A DNA stretch of 64,000 bases, taken from the IMG/VR virus record IMGVR_UViG_3300020608_000013, positions 1 to 64,000 of that record. The stretch is one strand, 5' to 3'. Positions 41,330 through 51,136 of the stretch are shown here, one piece after another. Numbering within the stretch: the stretch's first letter is position 1; the number at the start of each line of letters is the position of its first letter. The position numbers and the translations under genes are program-made. The notes beneath the pieces were generated by a model. The model had not been told where the DNA came from and did no database searches. It worked only from the letters and a program-made list of their open reading frames with translations.

Positions 41330-43459
41330 CTAACAAATATACTGTGCCGTACAAACACTAAGCTGTGTAATTAATAAGTTTCTTAAATTGAGTAACTCTG
41401 TTCTCCCACTATACAACATGTTAAAACGTTCTCGTAAACAACTTGAACGCCCTGATAATCGATCTAGCTTTACTAATTTCTTCAATGTGTTATCATATTG
41501 TTCAACCGATAATGCTAAAAAGGCATTTGTAAATAGAAACTCTTTTAATCGAGCGGCTAAGACTTCACTTGTGTCTGCGGTGGGTTGCTGAACAACCCCT
41601 TGATCGCCACCACGTTTACCACCCATGAAAACACGCGGTACTTCTGTAGTAGGGTACGATACGTCATAACCCTCAAAGTCAATAGAAACGCGCTTGCCAA
41701 AGACGACACTTCTACTATAATAAAAACATCGCCCCTGATCATCAAACCCTGGTAAATTACCATTGATAAGTCGTTTGTTTAATAAAGGCTCGAGTTCTAC
41801 TTTGTATGCATTTTGTAAATCATTAAACCCAGAACGGTTAATGAGTTTTTCATGACGGTCCATGAAGTAACAGATTTCATCTAATAGCTCATTCACTGTA
41901 ACGCCCACCGTCGCCATCGAAGTACACACAACTTCCGTCGCATCAATGGTTGCTAGTACAGTGCTTGTATCAACAATTCCGCCATTACCGAACGCCTTCA
42001 ACATGGTGCTCTCGTCGTAGAAATGATGGGGGTTGTAATTTGAATTAGCTAGCGCATGAAGGCGTGCTAGAATGTCACCGTGTAAATTAAGTTTATCGAC
42101 AGGTTTTATCAAATGGTAGACATTGACTCCACTTTCAAGCGAGGATTCTTCATCCTCATCTTTTTTAAGCGGTATCGCATTCTTTTCTGCCTTCTCTGCA
42201 ACATCCAGAACTTTCTGCAATGCCTCATTTTGTTCATCTTCCTCTGCAAGGTCCTCGTTTTCCATGTAGTTTTTAAGTATCTCAACTTGTTCTGGAAACG
42301 CTTGGGTAGCTTTACTCTCTACACTAGACGTGTCTTTACTTATGCCACGGTAGATGTTTAAAGAATGGCGGACATAAGTGAATAATGCTAACGCGATGTT
42401 GCGTCTTGCCTCAATGACGGCTCTAGTCGCTTTAAGTAACTCTTGTGTATTAACTAGATAGAAGTTAGATACCTCGATAATAACAGTTTCTAGCTCCTTT
42501 GGAAGGTCTAGATTGGCTATGTCGTTACTTGCTTTATTAACCGTATTAACTTCAGCCTTGTGTATTTTCTCAATACGCTTGATATACCCCGACAACTGAG
42601 TTTTAACTTGCTTAACGTAGACCACTACTTGATCAATTACTTTTAAATCGAGTGCAAGAATTTCTAAATTATCTTTCACGCGCACATCGCTTGTTTCGAC
42701 GTAGAATTTATTATTATAGAAAGGGGTGACTACACCACCAAGCTTCTTCTCCGTCTTCACAGTCAGACTACCAATTTTCTTATTCGGGGGTAGTAGTGGT
42801 GTGAAACGTGCTAAGAGACCATCTTTCGGTTGAGTGTTAAACGCATCTTGGTTTTCTTCAAACCAATCATCAAATAGCGTACAGACTCCCAATTCTTCTA
42901 ACGCTTTCTCATCTACGCGCATGGCTGATCCATTACGTTTAAAATCTGCGTTAAACTTCGTGTAGAAGTCGAATGTCTTATCGTGAATAGCTTTAGAAGC
43001 TAGACCTAAATGCATCGCATATTTTCCTAACGTCCGATCATAGCCCATTAAACGCTGTGCGGCATTATTAAATCCATCTTTATTTACCCCCATTTGTGTA
43101 AAAACAGGACCTAACATACGATAAACGAAAGGAGTCGCTTTAGGCGATAATGGTTTTTCCTCAACCTCTCGTCGAATTTTAATCGGAAAGATGTTCATAT
43201 ACTGAGCAACTTGTCCTGCGTAACGATTTAATACTTTTACGGAGGCAAGATTGTCTAACGTAGCACCTGCTTTAGACACTAAGTTCATCAACATTTCTTT
43301 CAGTTTTGAAATCGCTGTATTGATTGCTTTAATTAACTCGATGAGTTTTGACTTAACATTTTCACCCCACCCTGTTTCTAAACTAACAGTTGGTGTATTA
43401 TGGTACATGGTATATTGTGTTTTATAATAGACTAAAGCCTCATTAAGCGTTGTCATCAT
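41330..43459 (-). CDS. head/inner-body paralog, two-domain (phiKZ gp97-like)
   Basis: VSLE cleavage motif at the N-terminus and a second SSLES after an acidic linker. Confidence 0.7.
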   Translation of the reverse strand: MMTTLNEALVYYKTQYTMYHNTPTVSLETGWGENVKSKLIELIKAINTAISKLKEMLMNLVSKAGATLDNLASVKVLNRYAGQVAQYMNIFPIKIRREVEEKPLSPKATPFVYRMLGPVFTQMGVNKDGFNNAAQRLMGYDRTLGKYAMHLGLASKAIHDKTFDFYTKFNADFKRNGSAMRVDEKALEELGVCTLFDDWFEENQDAFNTQPKDGLLARFTPLLPPNKKIGSLTVKTEKKLGGVVTPFYNNKFYVETSDVRVKDNLEILALDLKVIDQVVVYVKQVKTQLSGYIKRIEKIHKAEVNTVNKASNDIANLDLPKELETVIIEVSNFYLVNTQELLKATRAVIEARRNIALALFTYVRHSLNIYRGISKDTSSVESKATQAFPEQVEILKNYMENEDLAEEDEQNEALQKVLDVAEKAEKNAIPLKKDEDEESSLESGVNVYHLIKPVDKLNLHGDILARLHALANSNYNPHHFYDESTMLKAFGNGGIVDTSTVLATIDATEVVCTSMATVGVTVNELLDEICYFMDRHEKLINRSGFNDLQNAYKVELEPLLNKRLINGNLPGFDDQGRCFYYSRSVVFGKRVSIDFEGYDVSYPTTEVPRVFMGGKRGGDQGVVQQPTADTSEVLAARLKEFLFTNAFLALSVEQYDNTLKKLVKLDRLSGRSSCLRERFNMLYSGRTELLNLRNLLITQLSVCTAQYIC

Positions 43460-44636
43460 TATCCTCCTTTTTTAATGCTTTTTGAACTGAATTAATCGCG
43501 TTGACGGTATCGTCGTGAATTGTCGTGAGTGTCTTAAAATTAGCTAATCTATTCTTAACAATGAACGTGACCTCGTTACTGATCTTAACATGTAAGTCAT
43601 AGAAATTATTAACCAAATCTAATACTAATCGTCCTACTTCAGTATCCGCCATGTCTTCAGGGACTTTCGTCTTCTGCATGGTCTTGATAATCTTCTCTAA
43701 CCCTTTAAACGACTTACTAAACCGATTACTATGTAATTCCAGCGCTCGTTGGTTAGTGGTACTGGTGAAACTTTTTAGTAGATCAAAAACCTGAGTTGAA
43801 GGTGGGTTAAATGCTAAAACATCTTTATCTACTTTGATAGGTAGTTTGAACACCCCAATGTTTGAAAATACAACAGGCTCGCTGTCATAATATTTCGTTT
43901 TTAATGAATGTGTCATTGTGTAACTGTGGAGACTTTCTGTACGAGGTAAAGTCAGCGTTGTGGAAGCCCCCTCACCTCTTTTAAAATTGACCTCACCTGG
44001 TAATGCTAATGTCTTAAAAATGTTTACGACACCCGCATCTTTTGACACACCCTCACGCACACTATTTACATTGCACAACCTTTCAACAGTGCGGTTTAAC
44101 TTATCGACCTCTACACGATATTGCTCAACCAACTTGTATTCTAAATCTTTCAAGAACTCATGTTCATCATAGATCATGCGGACGGTTTTATTAATATCAT
44201 ACCCTTCCTCAGCCATGACTAAACTAAAATACTTGCTCTTTTGAGAAGAAAGGATAATGCCGCCAGGGTCTTTTAGTGTAACGCCATCAATATCACCCCT
44301 TTTCTTATTGATTGCTTCTTCAACAATCTCATTACGCAATACAGTAATATCGATTAATTTATCACTCTTACCACGTAACTCATCTTCAATATTTAAAGGC
44401 TTACCTTCACCCATAATTTCATTCGCCAATAAACGTACTATACTCCCATAGACCTTGATGAATATTTTTAGCACCAGTGAAAGGACACGCGTAAACATTT
44501 CAGCAAACGCATTAGCACCTTTACGAAAGTTGCTTTCGTTACTAACTGTTTGTTGAACGTTAAGTGAGCTAAAACATTCTGTTTGAACGGCGAGTAATTT
44601 ACTACCGATAACAAGGTACTGATCTTCTTTAGTCAC
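43443..44636 (-). CDS. head/inner-body paralog (gp93-97 family)
   Basis: Propeptide ending VSNES followed by an amphipathic helix, and a C-terminal helical region like its neighbours. Confidence 0.6.
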   Translation of the reverse strand: MTKEDQYLVIGSKLLAVQTECFSSLNVQQTVSNESNFRKGANAFAEMFTRVLSLVLKIFIKVYGSIVRLLANEIMGEGKPLNIEDELRGKSDKLIDITVLRNEIVEEAINKKRGDIDGVTLKDPGGIILSSQKSKYFSLVMAEEGYDINKTVRMIYDEHEFLKDLEYKLVEQYRVEVDKLNRTVERLCNVNSVREGVSKDAGVVNIFKTLALPGEVNFKRGEGASTTLTLPRTESLHSYTMTHSLKTKYYDSEPVVFSNIGVFKLPIKVDKDVLAFNPPSTQVFDLLKSFTSTTNQRALELHSNRFSKSFKGLEKIIKTMQKTKVPEDMADTEVGRLVLDLVNNFYDLHVKISNEVTFIVKNRLANFKTLTTIHDDTVNAINSVQKALKKEDNDDNA

Positions 44637-44642
44637 GATACT

Positions 44643-45710
44643 CTATCCTCTTTTTTGTTTCAAATAATATTCCGTCATGACGAATAAATAGTATTCAACA
44701 TGTGCCGCCAACTCTGCCTCAATCTCTAACGTCTTTGTTGAAAACTTAACCATGAACTGTACTTCCTTTGCCACTTGTTTAACTAATGCCCTTGTGAACG
44801 GAATACTACCACGCCACACTTTATTAATTTTCTTACTAAAATCATTAATTAGCGTAAGTTGATCTACACAAGCTTTATAATAACGGCGCAAATCTTGTTG
44901 GTAAAATTTATTACGATCTTGTTGCGTATAGTTTAATAAATAATCAAGCTCATCTGGTTTAGGTACTATAAAATCAGACATCTCTTTTACAGAGGGTCTG
45001 CCCGTTATCTCGACAATATCTAAATCGAGGTAATTGAATGTAAGCCCACCGTAGTCTTTCGATTCCTCTTTAGCAACCATTACTAAGTCAACGTTTTTAT
45101 CTTTAGTCGCCACAGGTAGATAGGCTAACGTATAAAAAGTAATATTCTTATTAACTGCCGTGACTAACGCGTGTGGCTCAACCACCTTAGCAAACGTCTC
45201 ATCAACAACGCTCAGTGTCGTTGACGAGGGTTTACCTCTAGTTAGTGATTCTAATACATCGTAGTAAGCTTCAAGGCGTTGTTGGATGGTATGGAGAACT
45301 GCTTTAGAAACGTTTGCTAAACGCATGTCTGCACGACAAATTGAGATTAAGGGATTTGGACTATCTTCTAACATATAGTAAGCAATCGTCTTATAATACT
45401 CCCCCTCTCTTTTTTCTAGGGTAGGTCGTAAGTCTTCTAGTGGGATAGGTCCTTTTAATGCATCGCGAGCTTCTCTTACATGTTCACCTAAAGGATACCC
45501 AAAGAAAACTTCCTTTTTAAGTTTAAGTTTACGCCGCGTCTCTAGCCGACTAATCGCGTCAAGAACTTTTTCTTTTGCTTGGGCAAAAATATTTAAAAGT
45601 CCCGCACTCTCAAGACTAGCCTCGCCAAAATGCTCATTTGCGACATCTTGGATTAGACTTTGGACAATACGACTTTCTTCATTTATAGACATATAACTAC
45701 GTTCCTTCAT
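44643..45710 (-). CDS. head/inner-body paralog
   Basis: ASLESAG cleavage motif and the shared C-terminal helix pattern. Confidence 0.62.
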   Translation of the reverse strand: MKERSYMSINEESRIVQSLIQDVANEHFGEASLESAGLLNIFAQAKEKVLDAISRLETRRKLKLKKEVFFGYPLGEHVREARDALKGPIPLEDLRPTLEKREGEYYKTIAYYMLEDSPNPLISICRADMRLANVSKAVLHTIQQRLEAYYDVLESLTRGKPSSTTLSVVDETFAKVVEPHALVTAVNKNITFYTLAYLPVATKDKNVDLVMVAKEESKDYGGLTFNYLDLDIVEITGRPSVKEMSDFIVPKPDELDYLLNYTQQDRNKFYQQDLRRYYKACVDQLTLINDFSKKINKVWRGSIPFTRALVKQVAKEVQFMVKFSTKTLEIEAELAAHVEYYLFVMTEYYLKQKRG

Positions 45711-45756
45711 TAATTTTAATCAATCTATGAAACATCGCTGAGTAGATCAAGCGATA

Positions 45757-45797
45757 AGGTTAGGTCGTATGGGCGCTATACCCATACGACCTAACCT
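45757..45797 (-). terminator. stem-loop terminator
   Basis: AGGTTAGGTCGTATGGG-cgctata-CCCATACGACCTAACCT, a perfect 17-bp stem. Confidence 0.8.
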
Positions 45798-45823
45798 AAC
45801 ATAAATCTAATTTAAAGTATTAT

Positions 45824-46945
45824 TTAAACACCTAAAGACCTTTTAGACCACAAGTACATTAGGGTTAAGTAAGCTACATTTTGCGAAACCAATTCATTCA
45901 ACACTTTAATTAGCGTCGTCGTTTGTGTTGTGCGATTTGTTATGTACTTCACAGCCTGATGAATCATTGGTAGTTTATCAATTGGCACAGTGTCTTTTAA
46001 ACTAAGCATCTCTTCACGCGAGTGATCTAGGAAACGGTTTGCTGACCGTCTATAACCTTCCCACATTTTCTCCAGCCTGTTCTCTAAGGGTAAGTCTGCA
46101 CACACCTCGCGCATCCCCTCCAAACCACTAGGGGGAGCGACATATAATTTTTCTGGAGTAGCTGGCTTGTCGCTCACCCCTGTATTCTGTATGTGAGGGG
46201 TTTGACAGACCACAGACCAATCGAAAAATACGAAGTGGTCTGTTTTCTCTTTGTACGTGTAGTGTACGCCCATCGGTAAAAGGAGTAAATCGAAACCTGT
46301 CTCGCCTAGATCATCCGTTTCAATAAGACCGTCAAGAGTGTTCTTAAAAGCACTTGCATGACCAGCGTCGTGAAAAACCACCTTTTTCGGATACTTTGAT
46401 CCATTAATTTGTTGCTTCCCATCAGGCTCGTAAGGCCTAGGCGGGTTGCCTTCTGCAATAAGTAAGATATTCTTTTGTAGTACCTCCATGTACGTCTGTT
46501 CCTTTACTATAAAAACATCAATCGCTTTAGCATACGCTTTATGTAGACGATTGAAGTGTTTTGTAATAGTAATTAACGCTTCAGGGTCGTCTTGACTAAT
46601 ATTAAGCGCCTTGAGTACACGCGTATGTTGTTCCACCCATTTTTCGTACCCTATATCAAAATCAAAATATTTGTTTCCCTTAACGTATGCAGTAGCGTAG
46701 TCTGCTTTTATCTCTTTTGGTTTAACTGTCTTTGAAACTAACGCCTGCAATTGCCTGCGTTTCTTACTAAGCCACTCACCGATCTTTTTTAAGAGTTCTT
46801 GCGCCATAACGTTTAACGCACTAAGCATTTTCCCAAACTTACCGCGACTTGATCCCTCATCGCTTTCAAGTCCTGTTAAAAGGATGTCTTGAGTGCCCGC
46901 CAGAATGAGTGTATTAACTTCACGAATATGGTCTTGTTTAGACAT
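45824..46945 (-). CDS. head/inner-body paralog
   Basis: EVNTLILAGTQDILLTGLES propeptide with GLE motif. C-terminal QNVAYLTLMYLW. Confidence 0.62.
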   Translation of the reverse strand: MSKQDHIREVNTLILAGTQDILLTGLESDEGSSRGKFGKMLSALNVMAQELLKKIGEWLSKKRRQLQALVSKTVKPKEIKADYATAYVKGNKYFDFDIGYEKWVEQHTRVLKALNISQDDPEALITITKHFNRLHKAYAKAIDVFIVKEQTYMEVLQKNILLIAEGNPPRPYEPDGKQQINGSKYPKKVVFHDAGHASAFKNTLDGLIETDDLGETGFDLLLLPMGVHYTYKEKTDHFVFFDWSVVCQTPHIQNTGVSDKPATPEKLYVAPPSGLEGMREVCADLPLENRLEKMWEGYRRSANRFLDHSREEMLSLKDTVPIDKLPMIHQAVKYITNRTTQTTTLIKVLNELVSQNVAYLTLMYLWSKRSLGV

Positions 46946-46962
46946 TTTAAATACTTCTTATA

Positions 46963-48120
46963 TTAGTCTAATTGATCTCTTGTATCGCTACTAATGAAAG
47001 CTGTCATATGCCATGCGTAAAGCGCTGCTAAATACGCAAGGTTCTTCTCAGCGTTACTGCTCAACCAAACCGCTATTTTACTCATGCTGGTGCGACGCTT
47101 GCCGATATAAGCCATGATAGCTGTTAAAAAAGCTTGTCCTTCATCATCTATTTTATCACCTAACTCAACAACAGATTTTTCAAACTTCTTAAGTATCTTT
47201 TCGAGTGTATCGACCGAATGGTTTTTCTTTGCGTTTTTTATATCGTAAGCCAAAACGGTTACAGCGCGTGCAAGTGCCTTCATTCCTCTAGGGTCAAGAG
47301 GTTCGTACGAATCGTTTAGCAGGGGTAGGTTAGCTGGTCGACGTGTAATATCGAGGGTTGTGAAGTTATATTTCGCACCTTTAAATATAATTGTTTCAAT
47401 ACCCGACTTTAACGTAGTGGTCATACCATCAACTTCATAGTCTGTCGTGAGCGTATTTCCTTTGCTATGAGCGTCTACTTTAGTATATAAACCAATTCCG
47501 ATAGAAGGGACAATACCATCATTAAACGTTAAGGTATTATCTATGTCGTCACTTAGACCGTGTTCCACTCTTCTATTTAGATTCTCAGGAGTTATACCCT
47601 GCACAATATTAATCGCACCCATACTTACGTTATAAAGGTGCTCTGCCTCACCCTTCATGTATTCCGTATATACCGACACATATCGATTATGGACATCTGC
47701 GGCATAGAGCGCCTTTTCATAGACACCATTTTCAGTACCTTCTATAAGATTAGGACGGTCGTCACTTCTATCTTTACGATTTAAAAGTGCCGTATGATAG
47801 TTCAACACCTCCTCTTCTAAAGTTGTTTTATCTAAAATGATTTTACCTCCATCATATACTTTCTCATACTTAGTATAGAACTCTTCTGTAGCCTTTTTAG
47901 TTACCATGGTGAGTATACGACCTATAGCTTGCTCAGCTTTTTCATTAAGCCATTTAAATAGTCGTTTAACAGCATCGTTAATTATTTTACCCAGTTTTTT
48001 GAGTAAACGTATAAACGCATGTTACCCATCGCTAAGAACGCCTTCTGTGCTGGATAACACAATACCTTGTGTTTTCGCTTGTAATAGGGTAGCGATCTCG
48101 TCTGATTTTATTTCTCACAT
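46963..48120 (-). pseudogene. head paralog whose N-terminal 71 codons carry two in-frame stops; intact ORF 46963..47907
   Basis: Reading from ATG 48120 gives M*EIKSDEIATLLQAKTQGIVLSSTEGVLSDG*HAFIRLLKKLGKIINDAVKRLFKWLNEK...TMVTKK, in frame with the 314-aa ORF. TGA is at 48117-48115 and TAA at 48024-48022. Confidence 0.75.
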
Positions 48121-48164
48121 ATACATAATAATTGTTAAACCTCTTGTTTGGATTCGTAACACCA

Positions 48165-48191
48165 AGACACTTATAGTAATTATAAGTGTCT
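48165..48191 (-). terminator. stem-loop terminator after 48227..49810
   Basis: AGACACTTATA-gtaat-TATAAGTGTCT, an 11-bp stem. Confidence 0.65.
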
Positions 48192-48226
48192 CTTTTTATA
48201 AAAAACTGCCTGTATAGTATAAACTA

Positions 48227-49810
48227 TTACACAGTAGGCACTTCATTCTCTATTGTGGTAATAGTATCCTCAATGAACTTATATATTCTAGCCCAATATT
48301 TAATGATGGTTGTCTGGTAAGCCACAATCTCACTTGCAATCTCATTCACTTGTGTAATACGTTTATTGTACCGTGGGGTTGCATCTTGTATTTCCTGTAA
48401 AACAAACACGCCTTCAGGTGTGTTGGGATCAAAATTCTTTTCAATCAATTTTTCAGCAGCTTCTTGTGCTTTAATACTCGCCATATACTCCTCTACCACC
48501 TTCTCAACTTTCTTAGAGGGTTTCTTTACGCCATCGAGCACATCTTCTAACGCTCCACTACCTCTTTTAAAGATAAGTGTAGTGGTAGTTGTGTCGAACA
48601 TTCTTTTTGGACCTATGTACGATCTGGGGTAATGTAGTTCTGGTAAACTCAGCTCATTAAACCTCTTACCACGAATATCATAAAAACCCATACCCTTTGG
48701 CGTAGGGAAATGTTGAATATCTTCAGGTAATAAATACTGTTCTATACCACTATGTACATCGAACGCGTGCGACCAACGTGTGTAACCGTAAGACCGATCA
48801 AGTTTTTCTTTAGACGGAGGTGATTTAACCCATTCTTTAATTACCCCAGTAAAGCGATCAGACGTTCTTTTACCGTAGTCATATATCCCTACTAACATGT
48901 TTTCACTAGCAAGCCAATCTTCTTTAATAGTTTCTGCCAGAAAATCCAACGTTGTGTTACTAGGTGTGATTGCTTTCCCAATATGCGGATTAAATAGACG
49001 TTGTAAATATGCATCGAGGTCTTTTGGTAGGGCGATGTTATCTAAACGATGGTTGTCGCCCTCACGACTATAGGTAGGTGATAACGACCCATCTTTAATC
49101 CCAGATTTAACCTTCACAACCTCTCTTTTATATGCCTCTCTATTAGCTTCATATAAAGCCAGCGTTTCTTCTTGTTTCCGCTTACGTTCAACTAATTCCC
49201 TTTCCTCTTCTTCTTTCTTTTTCTTTTCAGCGACCATCTTCGCTTCCAGCTCTTCCCGTTCTTTATCAAGTCGAGCCTTTTGTTCAGCTAAAGCTCTAGC
49301 TTGACTATCAGTCTCCTGCTCGCTTCCCTCTTCGTCTACTGACACCACTCGCTCCTCAACACCCGCTAGCGCTTTTTCAAGTTGTCTGATCGTGGTGTTT
49401 CGTCTACGGAGAGCGTTTTCCAAATCTTCCACTTCTATACGATGCTCTTCCTTCAGCTTAGCCACATCTGTGCCATGATGTAGTGTCTGTGTTGTAAGCT
49501 CACTTTTGAGACCACTATTAGCCTCTTCTGCTTCCTTCAACTTAGTCTCCAACTTTTTGATTCGAGCCTCTAACATTTGACGTTTATTACTAAAAAGGTT
49601 GTCGGGGAGTTGTTTAAGACGAGCTAGTCCGCGCCCTAACATTTTAAAGAAACTCACCACTTTCTCTCGTAAGTAACTAAAAAACTTTTTAAGTAATTGT
49701 AATAAACGCGAGCCGTCCCCAGAAGCGCTTTCGTTACTATGCAAGATAGTACCTTGCGTGTGTAAGCTAAGCATTAACGCTACTTCACTAACTTGGTTAC
49801 TTCTCATCAT
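48227..49810 (-). CDS. head paralog with charged coiled-coil insertion
   Basis: EVALMLSLHTQGTILHSNES propeptide and a ~165-aa E/K/R-rich segment. AAGGA SD before ATG 49810. Confidence 0.65.
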   Translation of the reverse strand: MMRSNQVSEVALMLSLHTQGTILHSNESASGDGSRLLQLLKKFFSYLREKVVSFFKMLGRGLARLKQLPDNLFSNKRQMLEARIKKLETKLKEAEEANSGLKSELTTQTLHHGTDVAKLKEEHRIEVEDLENALRRRNTTIRQLEKALAGVEERVVSVDEEGSEQETDSQARALAEQKARLDKEREELEAKMVAEKKKKEEEERELVERKRKQEETLALYEANREAYKREVVKVKSGIKDGSLSPTYSREGDNHRLDNIALPKDLDAYLQRLFNPHIGKAITPSNTTLDFLAETIKEDWLASENMLVGIYDYGKRTSDRFTGVIKEWVKSPPSKEKLDRSYGYTRWSHAFDVHSGIEQYLLPEDIQHFPTPKGMGFYDIRGKRFNELSLPELHYPRSYIGPKRMFDTTTTTLIFKRGSGALEDVLDGVKKPSKKVEKVVEEYMASIKAQEAAEKLIEKNFDPNTPEGVFVLQEIQDATPRYNKRITQVNEIASEIVAYQTTIIKYWARIYKFIEDTITTIENEVPTV

Positions 49811-51062
49811 CTTTATTTCCTTTTTTGTTTGTAAGGTCACGTATCAATAAATCTATTCCGTCATTATACAACTTACCATTAGCTTCAAATACGCCGTACC
49901 ATACTTTTAAAATAAACCGTTGGTAATTGATCATCTCCTGACAAATGTTCGTCGCACTTAAAAACGCTTTATCAAGTTCAGTACAAGCACGCACCACACA
50001 CTTTAGTAACAACTCGTTACTTGTAGCCTCAATCTTTTTAATAAGCACTTCACGAAACTCAAGGTGCTTCTTAATCGTTTTATCAAGATCACTCATGTCT
50101 ATCTGATATTTAAAATGTACCTCGTCAAGTTTTTCACAAAGTAAATCTACTTCGTCTTGAGGCGTATTATAGACCTTTATTTCAGTATCTAGCCCATCAA
50201 TATTACTCTTCTCTAACTTAAGGAAAGGTAATCCATTACTATCTAGCGTACTTTTTAACGAAACTTGCTGGACAACATCTCCCCCTACAAAAGCTTTAAT
50301 CGCGTAATCTTTATCTTCCGATAATTTCTTAGCATATTTTTTATTTAAATCACGATCGAAGAGTTTATTAGTGAACGTCTCCTTTGTACGACTAAAGGCC
50401 GTGTCGGCTGGTGTCAATTGCGGTGGTTTATCAATCGCTTGTTTAATCACATTGAAAAACGTTGTCATTAAGGTCGCTTGGTAGTCGATCACCACATTAC
50501 TAATATAATTAGATATACCGAACTCTTTTTCTAGTATTGCGCTAAAACCCTTTATACTAACCGCTTTACCGCTGGGTAGACCCCCATTCTTGGCAGCGTA
50601 CAGTGCATTGAGGTAGCGTTTTGTCACCTTCGGGTAGGTAGGGTTAAGGTACGTAACATCTTTCGCTATAACCGCCATCGTCTTTTCAATTTCGTCTAGT
50701 GTTACAGCGTTCTCTTCCTGTTGTTTTTTATAAGTTTCAAGTTTTTCACTAATATCACCCAGCGCTAATGCAGCCTCTCCAACACGCTTCTTACTTTTCT
50801 CCACTGTCTCTTTAGTCAACTTAGTCGCGTTACCTTTCTTCTTAAACAACCCTTTCGGTATTTTCTTTATAGCCTCTATTTTTTTATTAATGTAGTTAAT
50901 ACCACTAAGAACCTTCTCTTTAAAGTATCGTCCCAGTTTCTTAAACATTTCTATAAGACGAGTAAACGTACCCTCATCTTTCTCTAGTGTGTAGAACGCG
51001 AACTCTTTTTCAAGCGCGATCTGACCTAGTTTAATTTGCACTATTTCGTCGTTATTAATCAT
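49797..51062 (-). CDS. head/inner-body paralog
   Basis: IALE/YTLE motifs followed by FTRLIEMFKKLGRYFKEKV, like the neighbouring paralogs. Confidence 0.65.
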   Translation of the reverse strand: MINNDEIVQIKLGQIALEKEFAFYTLEKDEGTFTRLIEMFKKLGRYFKEKVLSGINYINKKIEAIKKIPKGLFKKKGNATKLTKETVEKSKKRVGEAALALGDISEKLETYKKQQEENAVTLDEIEKTMAVIAKDVTYLNPTYPKVTKRYLNALYAAKNGGLPSGKAVSIKGFSAILEKEFGISNYISNVVIDYQATLMTTFFNVIKQAIDKPPQLTPADTAFSRTKETFTNKLFDRDLNKKYAKKLSEDKDYAIKAFVGGDVVQQVSLKSTLDSNGLPFLKLEKSNIDGLDTEIKVYNTPQDEVDLLCEKLDEVHFKYQIDMSDLDKTIKKHLEFREVLIKKIEATSNELLLKCVVRACTELDKAFLSATNICQEMINYQRFILKVWYGVFEANGKLYNDGIDLLIRDLTNKKGNKDDEK

Positions 51063-51082
51063 AAAAACTCCAAAGTAAAAAA

Positions 51083-51120
51083 GTAAGTACCGTAAGGCAT
51101 ATGTGCCTTACGGTACTTAC
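51083..51120 (-). terminator. stem-loop terminator
   Basis: GTAAGTACCGTAAGGCA-tatg-TGCCTTACGGTACTTAC, a perfect 17-bp stem. Confidence 0.82.
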
Positions 51121-51136
51121 CATAATAAAAGAAAGA

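Noticed and set aside
46963-48120. Genome-wide stop-codon reassignment
   Set aside because: The two internal stops differ (TGA and TAA), and TAA, TAG and TGA all end other genes at their expected lengths.
47906-48217. 103-aa plus-strand ORF in the apparent intergenic gap
   Set aside because: The gap is better explained by the stop-interrupted minus-strand propeptide and a terminator.
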